Source: Pristiophorus japonicus (Eukaryota). Taken from it: a DNA stretch of 64,000 bases. The position numbers were made by a program, and so were the translations under genes. Location of the stretch: NCBI RefSeq assembly GCF_044704955.1, contig NC_092008.1, positions 2,356,001-2,420,000 on the forward strand, read 5' to 3'. The notes under the pieces are model-generated. The model did no database searches and was not told where the DNA came from. It was given only the letters and a program-made list of their open reading frames with translations. Positions 1 through 26,183 of the stretch are shown here, piece after piece (positions within the stretch are counted from its first letter, which is position 1; each line of letters begins with the position of its first letter).

Positions 1-1500
1 CTGGAGAAATACCACCGACGCTGTCTCCGCAAGATCCTGCAAATCCCCCGGGAGGACAGACGCGCCAACGTTAGCGTCCTCGACCAGGCCCAACATCCCC
101 AGCATCGAAGCACTGACCACACACTCGACCAGCTCCGCTGGGCAGGGCCACATTGTCCGCATGTCCCCCCAGACACGAGACTCCCCAAAGCAAGCGCTCT
201 ACCCGGAACTCCTTCACGTCTGTATTGTGTGGGGTTAATCACACACTGTTAATTATGATATTTACAGTGTGTCTCTGTCCCATGCCCCGTGGAATGTTGT
301 TGCTATAGAGAGAGAGAGAGAAAGCGACCTTGGGACCCACACCAGTTTGTTATGAGACGGTCTGTGCCTCGAGATCTCATGCTTTGTGCCCGAGCAGCTG
401 GAGCCTTACAGATTAGGAGTTGGCCGTAAGCCACATGCACCCATGTTTTGTTCAATAGTATGTTTGTTTGATAGTATAAAGGTACAGCACTGTCCTGTAG
501 CTCTTCGAACTTCACCTTGGACCGTGATTGGTGAGCGGTGCTGGGACCCCCAATGCTCCAGATCAGCCCTCGCTGCGGAGTTCTCGACAGGCTAACGGCC
601 GTGAGCTTTGTTGCATCTTATCATACTTCTCTTTTCTTCGTAAACTGTATTACTAATGTTTCTTTTCTCTCAGTAACCGGTGTCTTATTCTTTACTTCAT
701 TTGTCTCGTCTCTTATTTAACATTCATCCAGATCCCGAACCTGGGTCTGTTATTACCGATCCAAAACAACGGCAAACGAGCCAAAGGTGGGCAGAGGAAA
801 CGTTACAAGGGACCACCCTCAAAGCCTCCCCTGATAAAGTGCAACATCCCCACCGACACCTGGGAGTCCCTGGGCCCAAAGACCAGTCCCGCCCTAAGTG
901 GAGGAAGTACATCCGGGAGGGCGCTGAGCACCTCGAGTCTCGTCGCCGAGAGCGTGCAGAAAGCAAGCGCAGGCAGCGGAAGGAGCGTGCGGCAAACCAG
1001 TCCCACCCTCCCCTTCCCTCAACCACTGTCTGTCCCACCTGTGACAGGGACTGTGGCTCCCGTATTGGGCTGTTCAGCCACCTAAGGGCTCATGGTTAGA
1101 GTGGAAGCAAGTCTTCCTCGATTCCGAGGGACAGCCTCATCATCATAGGCACTTTATCAGGGAGGCTTTGAGGGTGGGTCCCTTGTACCGTTTCCTCTGC
1201 CCACCTTTGGCTCGTTTGCCCGCGAAGGAGTTCCGAGTAGAGCGCTTGGCTTTGGGAGTCTCGTGTCGGGGGGGACATGCGGACAATGTGGCCCTGCCCA
1301 GCGGAGCTGGTCGAGTGTGGCCAGTGCTTCGATGCTGGGGATGTTGGGCCTGGTCGAGGACGCCAACGTTGGTGCGTCTGTCCTCCCGGGGGATTTGCAG
1401 GATCTTGCGGAGACAGCGTTGGTGGTATTCCTCCAGCGACTTGAGATGTCTACTGTACATGGTCCATGTCTCTGAGCCATACAGGAGGGCGGGTATCACC
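1..1500. mobile_element. RTE-clade LINE 3' fragments (plus 1-220 and 769-1137; minus 1138-1500)
   Basis: LLYGSETWT...[18 protein letters not shown]-terminal [21 protein letters not shown] zinc finger, (GAT)n tails; frameshifted. Confidence 0.85.
221..768. mobile_element. Solo LTR (548 bp) inserted in an RTE LINE
   Basis: TG...CA ends with imperfect inverted termini (tgtattg/caaaaca), flanking 5-mers acgtc/acggc (TSD with one mismatch), TATAAA at 475-480; the RTE resumes exactly after it. Confidence 0.7.
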
Positions 1501-1922
1501 ATGATGACGATGGATGATGGAATATCGGCCGTTGGCCATGACTGACAACCCATGGCCGTGACAAGCGCTGTCAATTCGGACAAGCTTCAGTGCAGCGACA
1601 GACGCACTTGTAGTTTCCACGGGAGGTGCGTGACTCGGACTAATTTTACAGCGTAAACAACTGTTGGAAAGTCCCGGTAATGGAGCCAGTGACAAGAACA
1701 ACCAGTCAATTGTGTCAAAGCAGGTAAAACCTACCTCGCTTGGGTCCAGTTACTGGTACACACGGAGTTGACAAGGATCTGATTTTCACTGCCTATCTCG
1801 TATATCAATAACTTGATCTGATGCGGTTAATTAGAAGCTTGGATATGCTAGCCTTTTTCTCTGCGATGCAATGTGTGGTTTGGAACTATGCCCCAAGGTG
1901 CTGAATAGGATCGTAAATCACA

Positions 1923-2677
1923 CAGATGTTGGTGCATCTGTCCTCCCGGGGGATTTGCAGGATCTTGCGGAGACAGCGTTGGTGGTATTTCTCCAGCGAC
2001 TTGAGGTGTCTACTGTACATGGTCCATGTCTCTGAGCCACACAGGAGGGCGGGTATCACTACAGCCCTGTAGACCATGAGCTGGGTGGCGGATTTGAGGG
2101 GCCTGGTCGCCGAACATTCTTTTCCTCAGGCGGCCGAAGACTGCACTGGCGCACTGGAGGCGACCTCGAACCAGGCCAACATCCCCAGCATCGAAGCACT
2201 GACCACACTCGACCAGCTCCGCTGGGCAGGGCCACATTGTCCGCATGTCCCCAGACACGAGACTCCCAAAGCGAGCGCTCTACTCGGAACTCCTTCACGG
2301 GCAAACGAGCCAAAGGCGGGCAGAGGAAACGTTACAAGGGACCACCCTCAAAGCCTCCCTGATAAAGTGCAACATCCCCACCGACACCTGGGAGTCCCTG
2401 GGCCCAAAGACCAGTCCCGCCCTAAGTGGAGGAAGTGCATCCGGGAGGGCGCTGAGCACCTCGAGTCTCGTCGCCGAGAGCGTGCAGAAACCAAGTGCAG
2501 GCAGCGGAAGGAGCGTGCGGCAAACCTGTCCCACCCTCCCCTTCCCTCAACCACTGTCTGTCCCACCTGTGACAGGGACTGTGGCTCCCGTATTGGACTG
2601 TTCAGTCACCTAAGGACTCATGTTAAGAGTGGAAGCAAGTCTTCCTCGATTCCGAGGGACTGCCGATGATGATGACG
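1923..2677 (+). mobile_element. RTE LINE with inverted 5' segment
   Basis: 1923-2162 minus, 2163-2677 plus; the two parts are consecutive in the element; (GAT)n tail. Confidence 0.8.
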
Positions 2678-3250
2678 ACAAGTCAGGAGTGCGATGGAAC
2701 ACTCCCCACTTGCCTGGGTGAGTTGCAGCTCCAACAAACACTCGAGACGCACGACACCATCCAGGACAAAGCAGCCCCGCTCGATGGGCCACGCACCCCA
2801 CCACCTCCAACACTCACTCCCTCCACCACCTCCAACACTCACTCCCTCCACCGCCTTCAACACTCACTCCCTCCACCACCGGCGCACCGTGGCTGCAGTG
2901 TGCACCGTCCACAAGATGCACCGCGGCAACTTGCCAAGGCTTCTCCGGCAGCACCTCCCGAACCCGCGGCTTCTACCCGCCTAGAAGGTCAAGGGCAGCA
3001 GGTCCATGGGAACACCACCCCCCTCCACGTTCCCCTCCCAGTCACACACACCATCCCTCGACTTGGGAATATATCGGCCGTTCCTCCATCGTCGCTGGGT
3101 CCCAATCCTGGAACTCCCTCCCTAACAGCACTGTGGGAGCACCTTCACCACACGGACTGCAGCGGTTCAAGAAGGGGGCTCACCACCACCTTCTCAAGGG
3201 GCGATTAGGGGACGGGCAATAAACGCCGGCCTTGCCAGCGATGCACACAT
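2678..3250 (+). mobile_element. CR1/L2-group LINE 3' end with internal 25-bp repeat
   Basis: MEHSPLAW...HSLHHRRTVAAVCTVHKMH; same family on the minus strand at 26380-27385. Confidence 0.7.
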
Positions 3251-3274
3251 TGCAGGAACAAATTTTTAAAGAAG

Positions 3275-4555
3275 ACTGATTCCTGGGATGGGGGCATTGT
3301 CCTATGAGGAGAGATTGAGCAGACTGGGCCGATATTCTCTGGAGTTGAGAAGAATGAGAGGCGATCTCATTGAAACATCTCCGATTCTGAGGGGGATTGG
3401 CAGGGTAGATGCAGGGAGGGTGTTTCCCCCCCGGGGCTGGGGAGTCTAGAACCAGGGGTCAAACAGTCTCAGGATAAGGGGTCGGCCATTTAGGACTGAG
3501 ATGAGGAGGAATTTCTTCACTCGGAGGGGGGTGAATCTTTGGAATTCTCTGCCCCAGAGGGAAGTGGAGGCTCAGTCGTTGAGTGTATTCAAGGCCGAGA
3601 TTGGTAGATTTTTGGACTCGAGGGGAATCGAGGGATCGGGCGGGAAAGTGGAGTTGAGGTCGAAGATCAGCCGTGATCTTATTAAATGGCAGAGCAGGCT
3701 CGAGGGCCGAACGGCCTCCTCCTGTCCCTAATGTAACAGGCTCGAGGGGCTGAACGGCCTCCTCCTGTTCCTAATGTAACAGGTTCGAGGGGCTGAACGG
3801 CCTCCTCCTGTCCCTAATGTAACAGGCTCGAGGGCCGAACGGCCTCCTCCTGTTCCTAATGTAACAGGCTCGAGGGGCTGAACGGCCTCCTCCTGTTCCT
3901 AATGTAACAGTCTCGAGGGGCTGAACGACCTCCTCCTGTCCCTAATGTAACAGGCTCGAGGGGCTGAACGGCCTCCTCCTGTCCCTAATGTAACAGGCTC
4001 GAGGGGCTGAATGGCCTCCTCCTGTTCCTAATGTAACAGGCTCGAGGGGCTGAACGGCCTCCTCCTGTTCCTAATGTAACAGTCTCGAGGGGCTGAACGA
4101 CCTCCTCCTGTCCCTAATGTAACAGGCTCGAGGGGCTGAACGGCCTCCTCCTGTTCCTAATGTAACAGGCTCGAGGGGCTGAACGGCCTCCTCCTGTCCC
4201 TAATGTAACAGGCTCGAGGGGCTGAACGGCCTCCTCCTGTCCCTAATGTAACAGGCTCGAGGGACTGAACGGCCTCCTCCTGTTCCTAATGTAACAGGCT
4301 CGAGGGGCTGAACGGCCTCCTCCTGTCCCTAATGTAACAGGCTCGAGGGGCTGAACGGCCTCCTCCTGTCCCTAATGTAACAGGCTCGAGGGACTGAACG
4401 GCCTCCTCCTGTTCCTAATGTAACAGGCTCGAGGGGCTGAACGGCCTCCTCCTGTCCCTAATGGAACAGGCTCGAGGGGCTGAACGGCCTCCTCCTGTTC
4501 CTAATGTAACAGACTCGAGGGGCTGAACGGCCTCCTCCTGTCCCTAATGTAACAG
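3275..4555 (+). repeat. CR1 3' end running into a 43-bp minisatellite (aacaggctcgaggggctgaacggcctcctcctgtccctaatgt)
   Basis: [17 protein letters not shown]1 motif, then tandem 43-mers derived from its 3' UTR. Confidence 0.9.
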
Positions 4556-4867
4556 GAGCTGCATTCAGTAAATAGGTCACATTACGAAATGTTCTTCCCC
4601 ACAGCTTAAGACGACAGGACCACCTTGGCTGGAATTATGATTGCGTTAGTTCCTCGTACCTGTGGAAATCACCTTCGTCACGTTAGTGAGACTGACTCTC
4701 TGTGTAAAATAATTGAGTTTTAACGCCTCGGGGGAATAGCGATACATCGTTTGTGTCTCTCACATACCTGAAGCCTCATTGCAAGAGAGGCAGAAGGTGT
4801 GATCGGGACTGTGAATCCCCTCGTCTGTTCATGGCGGGGATAATCCCCCTGATCTTCTTCGAAATAG

Positions 4868-5528
4868 TGCCCCTCCGACAGTGCGGCACTCCCTCAGTAC
4901 CGCCCCTCCGACAGTGAAGTACGGCGCTCCCTCAGTACTGCCCCTCCGACAGTGCGGCACTCCCTCAGTACTGCCCCTCCGACAGTGCGGCGCTCCCTCA
5001 GTACTGTCCCTCCGACAGTGCGGCGCTCCCTCAGTACTGCCCCTCCGACAGTGCGGCACTCCCTCAGTACTGCCCCGCCGACAGTGCGGCGCTCCCTCAG
5101 TACTGCCCCTCCGACAGTGCGGCGCTCCCTCAGTACTGCCCCTCCGACAGTGCGGCACTCCCTCAGTACTGCCACTCCGACAGTGCAGTACGGCGCTCCC
5201 TCAGTACTGCCCCTCCGACAGTGCGGCACTCCCTCAGTACTGCCCCGCCGACAGTGCGGCGCTCCCTCAGTACCGCCCCTCCGACAGTGCGGCGCTCCCT
5301 CAGTACTGCCCCTCCGACAGTGCGGCGCTCCCTCAGTACTGCCCCTCCGACAGTGCAGTACGGCGCTCCCTCAGTACTGCCCCTCCGACAGTACAGCGCT
5401 CCCTCAGTACTGCCCCTCCGACAGTACAGCGCTCCCTCAGTACCGCCCCTCCGACAGTACAGCGCTCCCTCAGTACCGCCCCTCCGACAGTACGGTGCTC
5501 CCTCAGTACCGCCCCTCCGACAGTGCGG
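4868..5528 (-). repeat. 33-bp SINE-derived minisatellite
   Basis: Unit cagtactgagggagtgccgcactgtcggagggg (11-aa period in the ORF track). Confidence 0.95.
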
Positions 5529-5616
5529 CCCCTCTGAGGCAGAACATTTTGTGGGGTGGAAATCCCCCCCAGAGACTTGAGCACAAAATTATACGCTGAC
5601 ACTTCAGTGCAATATT

Positions 5617-7290
5617 CCAACTCGCACCGAGTCCCGCTCACCCATCACCCCCTGTGCTCACTGCCCCCGTGTCCTAACTCACACCCAGTCCCACTCACCC
5701 ATCACTCCCTGTGCTCACTGCCCCCGTGTCCTAACTCACACCCAGTCCCACTCACCCATCACCCCCTGTGCTCACTGCCCCCGTGTCCTAACTCACACTC
5801 AGTCCCGCTCACCCATCACCCCCTGTGCTCACTGCCCCCGTGTCCTAACTCACACCCAGTCCCACTCACCCATCACCCCCTGTGCTCACTGATGTACATT
5901 GGCTCACTGTTAAGCAAAGACTCGATTTCAAAATTCTCCATCCTTGTTTACAAATCACTCCATGGCTCTCGCCACTCCCTATCCCTGTAACCCCCACCAG
6001 CCCCTACACCCCTCCCTATCTCTGTAACCCCCACCAGCCCCTACATCCCTCCCTGTCTCTGTAACACCCACCAGCCCCTACACCCCTCCCTGTCTCTGTA
6101 ACCTCCTCCAGCCCCTACACCCCTCCCTATATCTGTAACCTCCTCCAGCCCCTACACCCGTCCCTGTCTCTGTAACCTCCTCCAGCCCCTACACCCCACC
6201 CTATCTCTGTAACCTGCTCCAGCCCCTACACCCCTCCCTATCTCTGTAACACCTCTCCAGCCTCTACACTCCACCCTATCCCTGTAAACTCCTCCAGCTC
6301 CTACACCACTCCCAATCTCTGTAACCCCCTCCAGCCCCTACACCTCTCCCTATCTCTGTAACCCCCTCCAGCCCCTACATCCCTCCCTATCTCTGTAACC
6401 CCCTCCAGTCCCTACACACCTCCCTATCTCTGTAACCCCCACCAGCACCTACACCCCTCCCTGTCTCTGTAACCTCCTCCAGCCCCTACACCACTCCCTA
6501 TCTCTGTATCCTCCTCCAGCCCCTACACCCCTCCCTGTCTCTGTAACCTCCTCCAGCTCCTACACCCCTCCCTATCTCTGTAACCCCCTCCAGCCCCTAC
6601 ACCCCTTCCTATCTCTGTAACCCCCTCCAGCCCCTACACCCCTCCCTATCTCTATAACCCTCTCCAGCCCCTACACCCCTCCCTATCTCTGTAACCTCCT
6701 CCAGCCCCTACATCCCTCCCTATCTCTGTATCCTCCTCCAGCCCCTACACCCCTGCCTATGTCTGTAACCCCCTCTAGCACCTAGACCCCTCCCTATCTC
6801 TGTAACCTCCTACAGCCCCTCCCTATCTTTGTAACCTCCTCCAGCCCCTACACACCTCCCTATCTCTGTAACCCCCTCCAGCCCGTACACCCCTCCCTAT
6901 CTATGAAAGCTCCTCAAGCCCCTACACCCCTCCCTATCTCTGTAACCCCTTCCAGCCCCTACACCCCTCCCTATCTCTGTAACCCCCCCACCCCCCCGTG
7001 ATCTCTGCGCTCCTCTAATTCTGCCCTCCTGACCATCCCTGATTATAATCGCTCCACCATCGGTGGCCGTGCCTTCTGTTGCCTGGGCCCCAAGCTCTGG
7101 AACTCCCTCCCTAAACCTCTCCGCCTCTCTCTCCTCCTTCAAGACGTTCCTTAAAAGCTCCCTCTGTGACCCAGCTTTTGGTCACCTGTCCCTAATATCT
7201 CCTTATGTGGCTCGGGGTCAAATTGTGTTTGATAATCGCTCCTGTGTAGCACCTGGGGACGTTTCACTCCGTCAAAGGCGCTATATAAAT
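5617..7290 (+). repeat. L2-like LINE 3' end carrying 57-bp (5617-5890) and 37-bp (5975-6985) minisatellites
   Basis: LTDVHWL..KQRLDFKI and WNSLP-type remnants; tandem units read directly; inverted paralog at 41290-43070. Confidence 0.8.
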
Positions 7291-7967
7291 GAAGGTTGTG
7301 TTTATCTTTCCTTGTGCGTTCTTCCTCTTTGAGAGCAGGTGGGCTTTGTCCGGTGGTTTCCCTGAATCGAGGACACACTAAAGGAACGTGGGTCTGGTGA
7401 GAGGTTCAGGGCTCACCACAGGGCAGTGAACAAAGGCATTCTCCATCCAACACTGCCATCTAGCAAGATGCAAGGTAACGTTAGTGCTCACAGTCCCGCA
7501 AGTAAAGACAGATGTGCATTTATATAGCACCTGTCACCCCCCTCAGGGCGTCCCAACGCGCCTCACAGACAATGAAGTACAATCGGAGTGCGCTCCCTGT
7601 TGTAATGTGGGGAACGCCAATTTGCGCACAGCAAGCTCCCACACACAGCGATGTGATAATGACCCGGATCGTCTGTTTTAGTGATGTTGGTCGAGGGATA
7701 AATATTGGCCCCAGGACACCGGGGAGAACTCCCCCTGCTCTTCTTCCAATAGTGGCCCCGGGATCTTTTACATCCACCCGAGAGGGCAGAGGGGGGGTTG
7801 GATCAATACCTGCGCTGTCAGAGGGGCGGTACTGAGGGAGTGCCGCACTGTCGGAGGGGCGGTACTGAGGGAGCGCCGCACTGTCGGAGGGGCGGTACTG
7901 AGGGAATGCCGCACTGTCGGAGGTGCCATCTTTTCGATGAGACGTTAAACCGAGACCCGTCCTGGGA

Positions 7968-8662
7968 CAGCCCCTCGAGCCTGTTACATTAGGAACAGGA
8001 GGAGGCCGTTCAGCCCCTCGAGCCTGTTACATTAGGGACAGGAGGAGGCCGTTCAGCCCCTCGAGCCTGTTACATTAGGGACAGGAGGAGGCCGTTCAGC
8101 CCCTCGAGCCTGTTACATTAGGGACAGGAGGAGGCCGTTCAGCCCCTCGAGCCTGTTACATTAGGAACAGGAGGAGGCCGTTCAGCCCCTTGAGCCTGTT
8201 ACATTAGGAACAGGAGGAGGCCGTTCAGCCCCTCGAGTCTGTTACATTAGGAACAGGAGGAGGCCGTTCAGCCCCTCGAGCCTGTTACATTAGGAACAGG
8301 AGGAGGCCGTTCAGCCCCTCGAGCCTGTTACATTAGGAACAGGAGGAGGCCGTTCAGCCCCTCGAGCCTGTTACATTAGGAACAGGAGGAGGCCGTTCAG
8401 CCCCTCGAGCCTGTTACATTAGGAACAGGAGGAGGCCGTTCAGCCCCTCGAGCCTGTTACATTAGGGACAGGAGGAGGCCGTTCAGCCCCTCGAGCCTGT
8501 TACATTAGGGACAGGAGGAGGCCGTTCAGCCCCTCGAGCCTGTTACATTAGGGACAGGAGGAGGCCGTTCAGCCCCTCGAGCCTGTTACATTAGGAACAG
8601 GAGACCGTTCAGCCCCTCGAGCCTGTTACATTAGGGACAGGAGGAGGCCGTTCAGCCCCTCT
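7968..8662 (-). repeat. 43-bp minisatellite
   Basis: Reverse complement of the 3720-4555 unit. Confidence 0.95.
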
Positions 8663-8814
8663 CGAATACTCCTGTGAAGCCCCTTGCAACATTTCGTTAC
8701 GTTAAGGACGCTATATTAATACAATTTGAAGTTGCTGTTCAGCACCAGTTATCAATTAGATTTCCCCGCGGCAAGAATCATCGACAAAGAATTGACAAGC
8801 TGGGTGCCATTGTG

Positions 8815-8820
8815 TTTATT
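8815..8820 (-). terminator. Probable WA-1 polyadenylation signal AATAAA
   Basis: tttatt on the plus strand, about 1 kb past the stop, near the end of the duplicated 3' block; AGTAAA at the paralogous site 50139-50144. Confidence 0.5.
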
Positions 8821-9099
8821 GATCGAGAGTATAGATAGAAGATTACCCCAGCCCCTGTGAACAATATCGGTTACCGGCTAAAATCACCCCACAAGCAAAC
8901 GATGAATCTCCAATTAATGTTTCTGTTTGACACAACGACCCATAATCCTCCTGTCGGTGAAGAATGGATAGTCTCTGATCGAACTTACGCCGAATCTGGA
9001 GACAAAGCAGACGGCAAGTATTTACCATATTGCAACGTGAATCCGGTCCAGGTCGTTTAAACATGTTCGGTATTTGTCCTACACTCGGTGTCAGCATCC

Positions 9100-9546
9100 G
9101 GGGTTAGATACAGAGTAAAGCTCCCTCTACACTGTCCCATCAAACACTCCCAGGGCAGGTACAGGGGGGTTAGATACAGAGTAAAGCTCCCTCTACACTG
9201 TCCCATCAAACACTCCCAGGGCAGGTACAGGGGGTTAGATACAGAGTAAAGCTCCCTCTACACTGTCCCATCAAACACTCCCAGGGCAGGTACAGCACGG
9301 GGTTAGATACAGAGTAAAGCTCCCTCTACACTGTCCCGTCAAACACCCCCAGGGCAGGTACAGGGGGTTAGATACAGAGTAAAGCTCCCTCTACACTGTC
9401 CCATCAAACACTCCCAGGGCAGGTACAGGGGGTTAGTTACAGAGTAAAGCTCCCTCTACACTGTCCCATCAAACACTCCCAGGGCAGGTACAGGGGGTTA
9501 GATACAGAGTAAAGCTCCCTCTACACTGTCCCGTCAAACACTCCCA
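9100..9546. repeat. ~65-bp minisatellite inside the predicted WA-1 3' UTR
   Basis: gggttagatacagagtaaagctccctctacactgtcccatcaaacactcccagggcaggtacagg, about 7 units. Confidence 0.9.
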
Positions 9547-9844
9547 TTAAACACAGTGCCAATTGGTGTTGAGTTCTGGGCCTGTGTTTTCCTGTGGGCC
9601 TGTGTTCATTCGACACTGGATTTCTGTTGCGGATGACGGGGTTAATCCGCGATGTTTCAATGTGTGCTCGGTTGCTGTCAGATGGAACCGTTGGAGAATG
9701 TTTGGGACGGGGTTAAAGTTCCCGGACACTGGATCGTGAACCAATGCCGTGTCTGGTCACCGTGACGGTGACCCCGGGTGGAACTTGCAATGGGGTTAAT
9801 CACACTGACCTTTCTCCGTCACGTCTCCATCCTCTCCCTCGAGC

Positions 9845-23540
<13,696 letters not shown>

Positions 23541-24345
23541 GTGGTCAGACCACACTTGGAGCACTGTGCACAGTTCTGGTCTCCATATACCTGGGTTAGA
23601 CCACACTTGGAGCACTGTGCACAGTTCTGGTCTCCATATACCTGGGTTAGCCCACACTTGGAGCACTGTGCACAATTCTGGTCTCTATATACCTGGGTTA
23701 GACCACACTTGGAGCACTGTGCACAGTTCTGGTCTCCGTATACCTGGGTTAGCCCACACTTGGAGCACTGTGCACAATTCTGGTCTCTATATACCTGGGT
23801 TAGACCACACTTGGAGCACCGTGCACAGTTCTGATCTCCTTACCTAAGGAAAGATATACTCGCCATTGAGGGAGAGCAACGAAGGTTCACCAGACTGATT
23901 CCTGGGATGGGGGGATTGGGATTGTCCAATGTGGAGAGATTGAGGAGATAGGGCCTTTAGAATGAGAGGTGGCCTTATCGAAACGTATAAGATTATGAGG
24001 GGGCTTGACAAGGTGGATGCAGAGAGGATGTTTCCACTGATGGGGGAGACTAGAACTAGGGGGCATGGTCTTAGAATAAGGGGCCGCCCATTTAAAACTG
24101 AGATGAGGAAAAATTTCTTCTCTCAGAGGGTTGTAAATCTGTGGAATTCGCTGCCTCAGAGAGCTGTGGAAGCCGGGACATTGAATATATTTACGACAGA
24201 GATAGACAGTTTCTTAACCGATAAGGGGATAAGGGGGCGGGCAGGGAAGTGGAGCTGAGTCCATGATCAGATCAACCATGGTCGTATTAAATGGCGGAGC
24301 AGGCTCGAGGGGCCGAATGGCCGACTCCTGCTCCTGTTTCTTGTG
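23541..24345 (+). repeat. 51-bp CR1-derived VNTR (about 6 units, 23541-23834) plus CR1 3' end
   Basis: Tandem WVRPHLEHCAQFWSPYT continuing into CR1. Confidence 0.9.
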
Positions 24346-24539
24346 CTCTGAACACTTTAACTTCCCACATGAACCCAACCGTTTTATTCTACCCCCCTCC
24401 CCCCGTTCCCGCTCGTCCCCCTCTGTGAGTTCCGACACGCACCCATTCTCCATGGGAAGGTTTCATACCAGCTGCATGTCATACTCAGTCCACGATCGTA
24501 AACCCCTGCTTACTCACGTACTCGAGGACTTCCTCTGTC

Positions 24540-25674
24540 AGCGGTACTGAGGGAGCGCCGCACCGCGCTGTCGGAGGGGCGGTACTGAGGGAGCGCCGCA
24601 CTGCACTGTCGGAGGGGCGGTACTGAGGGAGCGCCGCACCGCGCTGTCGGAGGGGCGGTACTGAGGGAGCGCCGCACTGCACTGTCGGAGGGGCGGTACT
24701 GAGGGAGCGCCGCACTGTGGGAGGGGCGGTACTGAGGGAGCCCCGCACTGTGGGAGGGGCGGTACTGAGGGAGCGCCGCACTGTCGGAGGGGCGGTACTG
24801 AGGGAGCCCCGCACTGTGGGAGGGGCGGTACTGAGGGAGCGCCGCACTGTCGGAGGGGCGGTACTGAGGGAGCGCCGCACCGCACTGTCGGAGGGGCGGT
24901 ACTGAGGGAGCGCCGCACTGCGCTGTCGGAGGGGCGGTACTGAGAGAGCGCCGCACTGTCGGAGGGGCGGTACTGAGTGAGCGCCGCACTGTCGGAGGGG
25001 CGGTACTGAGGGAGCCCCGCACTGTCGGAGGGGCGGTACTGAGGGAGCGCTGCACTGTCGGAGGGGCGGTACCGAGGGAGCCCCGCACTGTCGGAGGGGC
25101 GGTACTGAGGGAGCGCTGCACTGTCGGAGGGGCGGTACTGAGGGAGCGCCGCACTGTCGGAGGGGCGGTACTGAGGGAGCGCCGCACTGCGCTGTCGGAG
25201 GGGCGGTACTGAGGGAGCGCCGCACTGCGCTGTCGGAGGGGCGGTACTGAGAGAGCGCCGCACTGTCGGAGGGGCGGTACTGAGTGAGCGCCGCACTGTC
25301 GGAGGGGCGGTACTGAGGGAGCCCCGCACTGTCGGAGGGGCGGTACTGAGGGAGCGCTGCACTGTCGGAGGGGCGGTACCGAGGGAGCCCCGCACTGTCG
25401 GAGGGGCGGTACTGAGGGAGCCCCGCACTGTCGGAGGGGCGGTACTGAGGGAGCGCCGCACTGTCAGAGGGGCGGTACTGAGGGAGCGCCGCACTGCGCT
25501 GTCGGAGGGGCAGTACTGAGGGAGCGCCGCACTGTGGGAGGGGCGGTACTGAGGGAGCCCCGCACTGTCGGAGGGGCGGTACTGAGGGAGCGCCGCACTG
25601 TGGGAGGGGCGGTACTGAGGGAGCGCCGCACTGTCGGAGGGGCGGTACTGAGGGAGCGCCGCACTGTCGGAGGG
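24540..25674 (+). repeat. 33-bp minisatellite between WA-1 and WB
   Basis: Direct reading. Confidence 0.95.
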
Positions 25675-25959
25675 TGAATAGTATCGATGCATTTAAGGGG
25701 AGGCTGGACAAGTATATGAGGGAGAAGGGAATCGAGGGTCATGCCGATAGATTTAGATGAGGAAAGACGGGAGGAGGCTCGAGTGGGGCATAAACACCGG
25801 CACGGACCGGTTGGGCCCAAATGTCCGGTTTCTGGGCCGTATATCCCGTGTGATTAATGCCGCAACTCATCAAGGGGCGTCTCACCAGTCACATCTCTTG
25901 GCACCGATAACTCTCCCTTTAATGGAAACCATCCCTTTAATGGACGTCTTGAGCAAGAC

Positions 25960-26183
25960 ACGAGGAAGAGGAAGTGAATGAATTGATGAAAGAAGCCTTG
26001 TCTGGTGTTGGCGAGGTTGGGCGATGTGAGTGCTGGGGGAGTTTCCCAGCCGACGGCTGTGTGTGGGAGGAGTCGGGTTGGTATGCCGAGCGTCTGTACC
26101 TGAGCGATTCAGAACCATTCCTCGCTTGGACGAGACACACCAACAGCCCAGACGGCTGGCCGATCCTTCGGCCGCCCGTCGAG
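25960..26183 (+). promoter_or_regulatory. WB promoter: PU.1/ETS box AAGAGGAAGTG (25966-25976) and kB site GGGAGTTTCC (26037-26046)
   Basis: Consensus motifs within about 220 nt of the ATG. Confidence 0.5.

Noticed and set aside
3720-4555. Regular 43-bp repeats resembling a CRISPR array
   Set aside because: No unique spacers, eukaryotic context, and the unit derives from the CR1 3' UTR.
4660-4779. Possible minus-strand mini-exons (ATGAGGCTTCAG|gtatgt; 4660-4699) and a candidate exon near 1735-1817
   Set aside because: Splice-like motifs only; 68-nt intron, incompatible phases with the next candidate, no recognisable product. RNA-seq would be needed.
8857-9060. Duplicated plus-strand ORF (also 50136-50384)
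   Set aside because: Lies antisense in the duplicated WA 3' UTR, has no recognisable domain, and its conservation is explained by the duplication.
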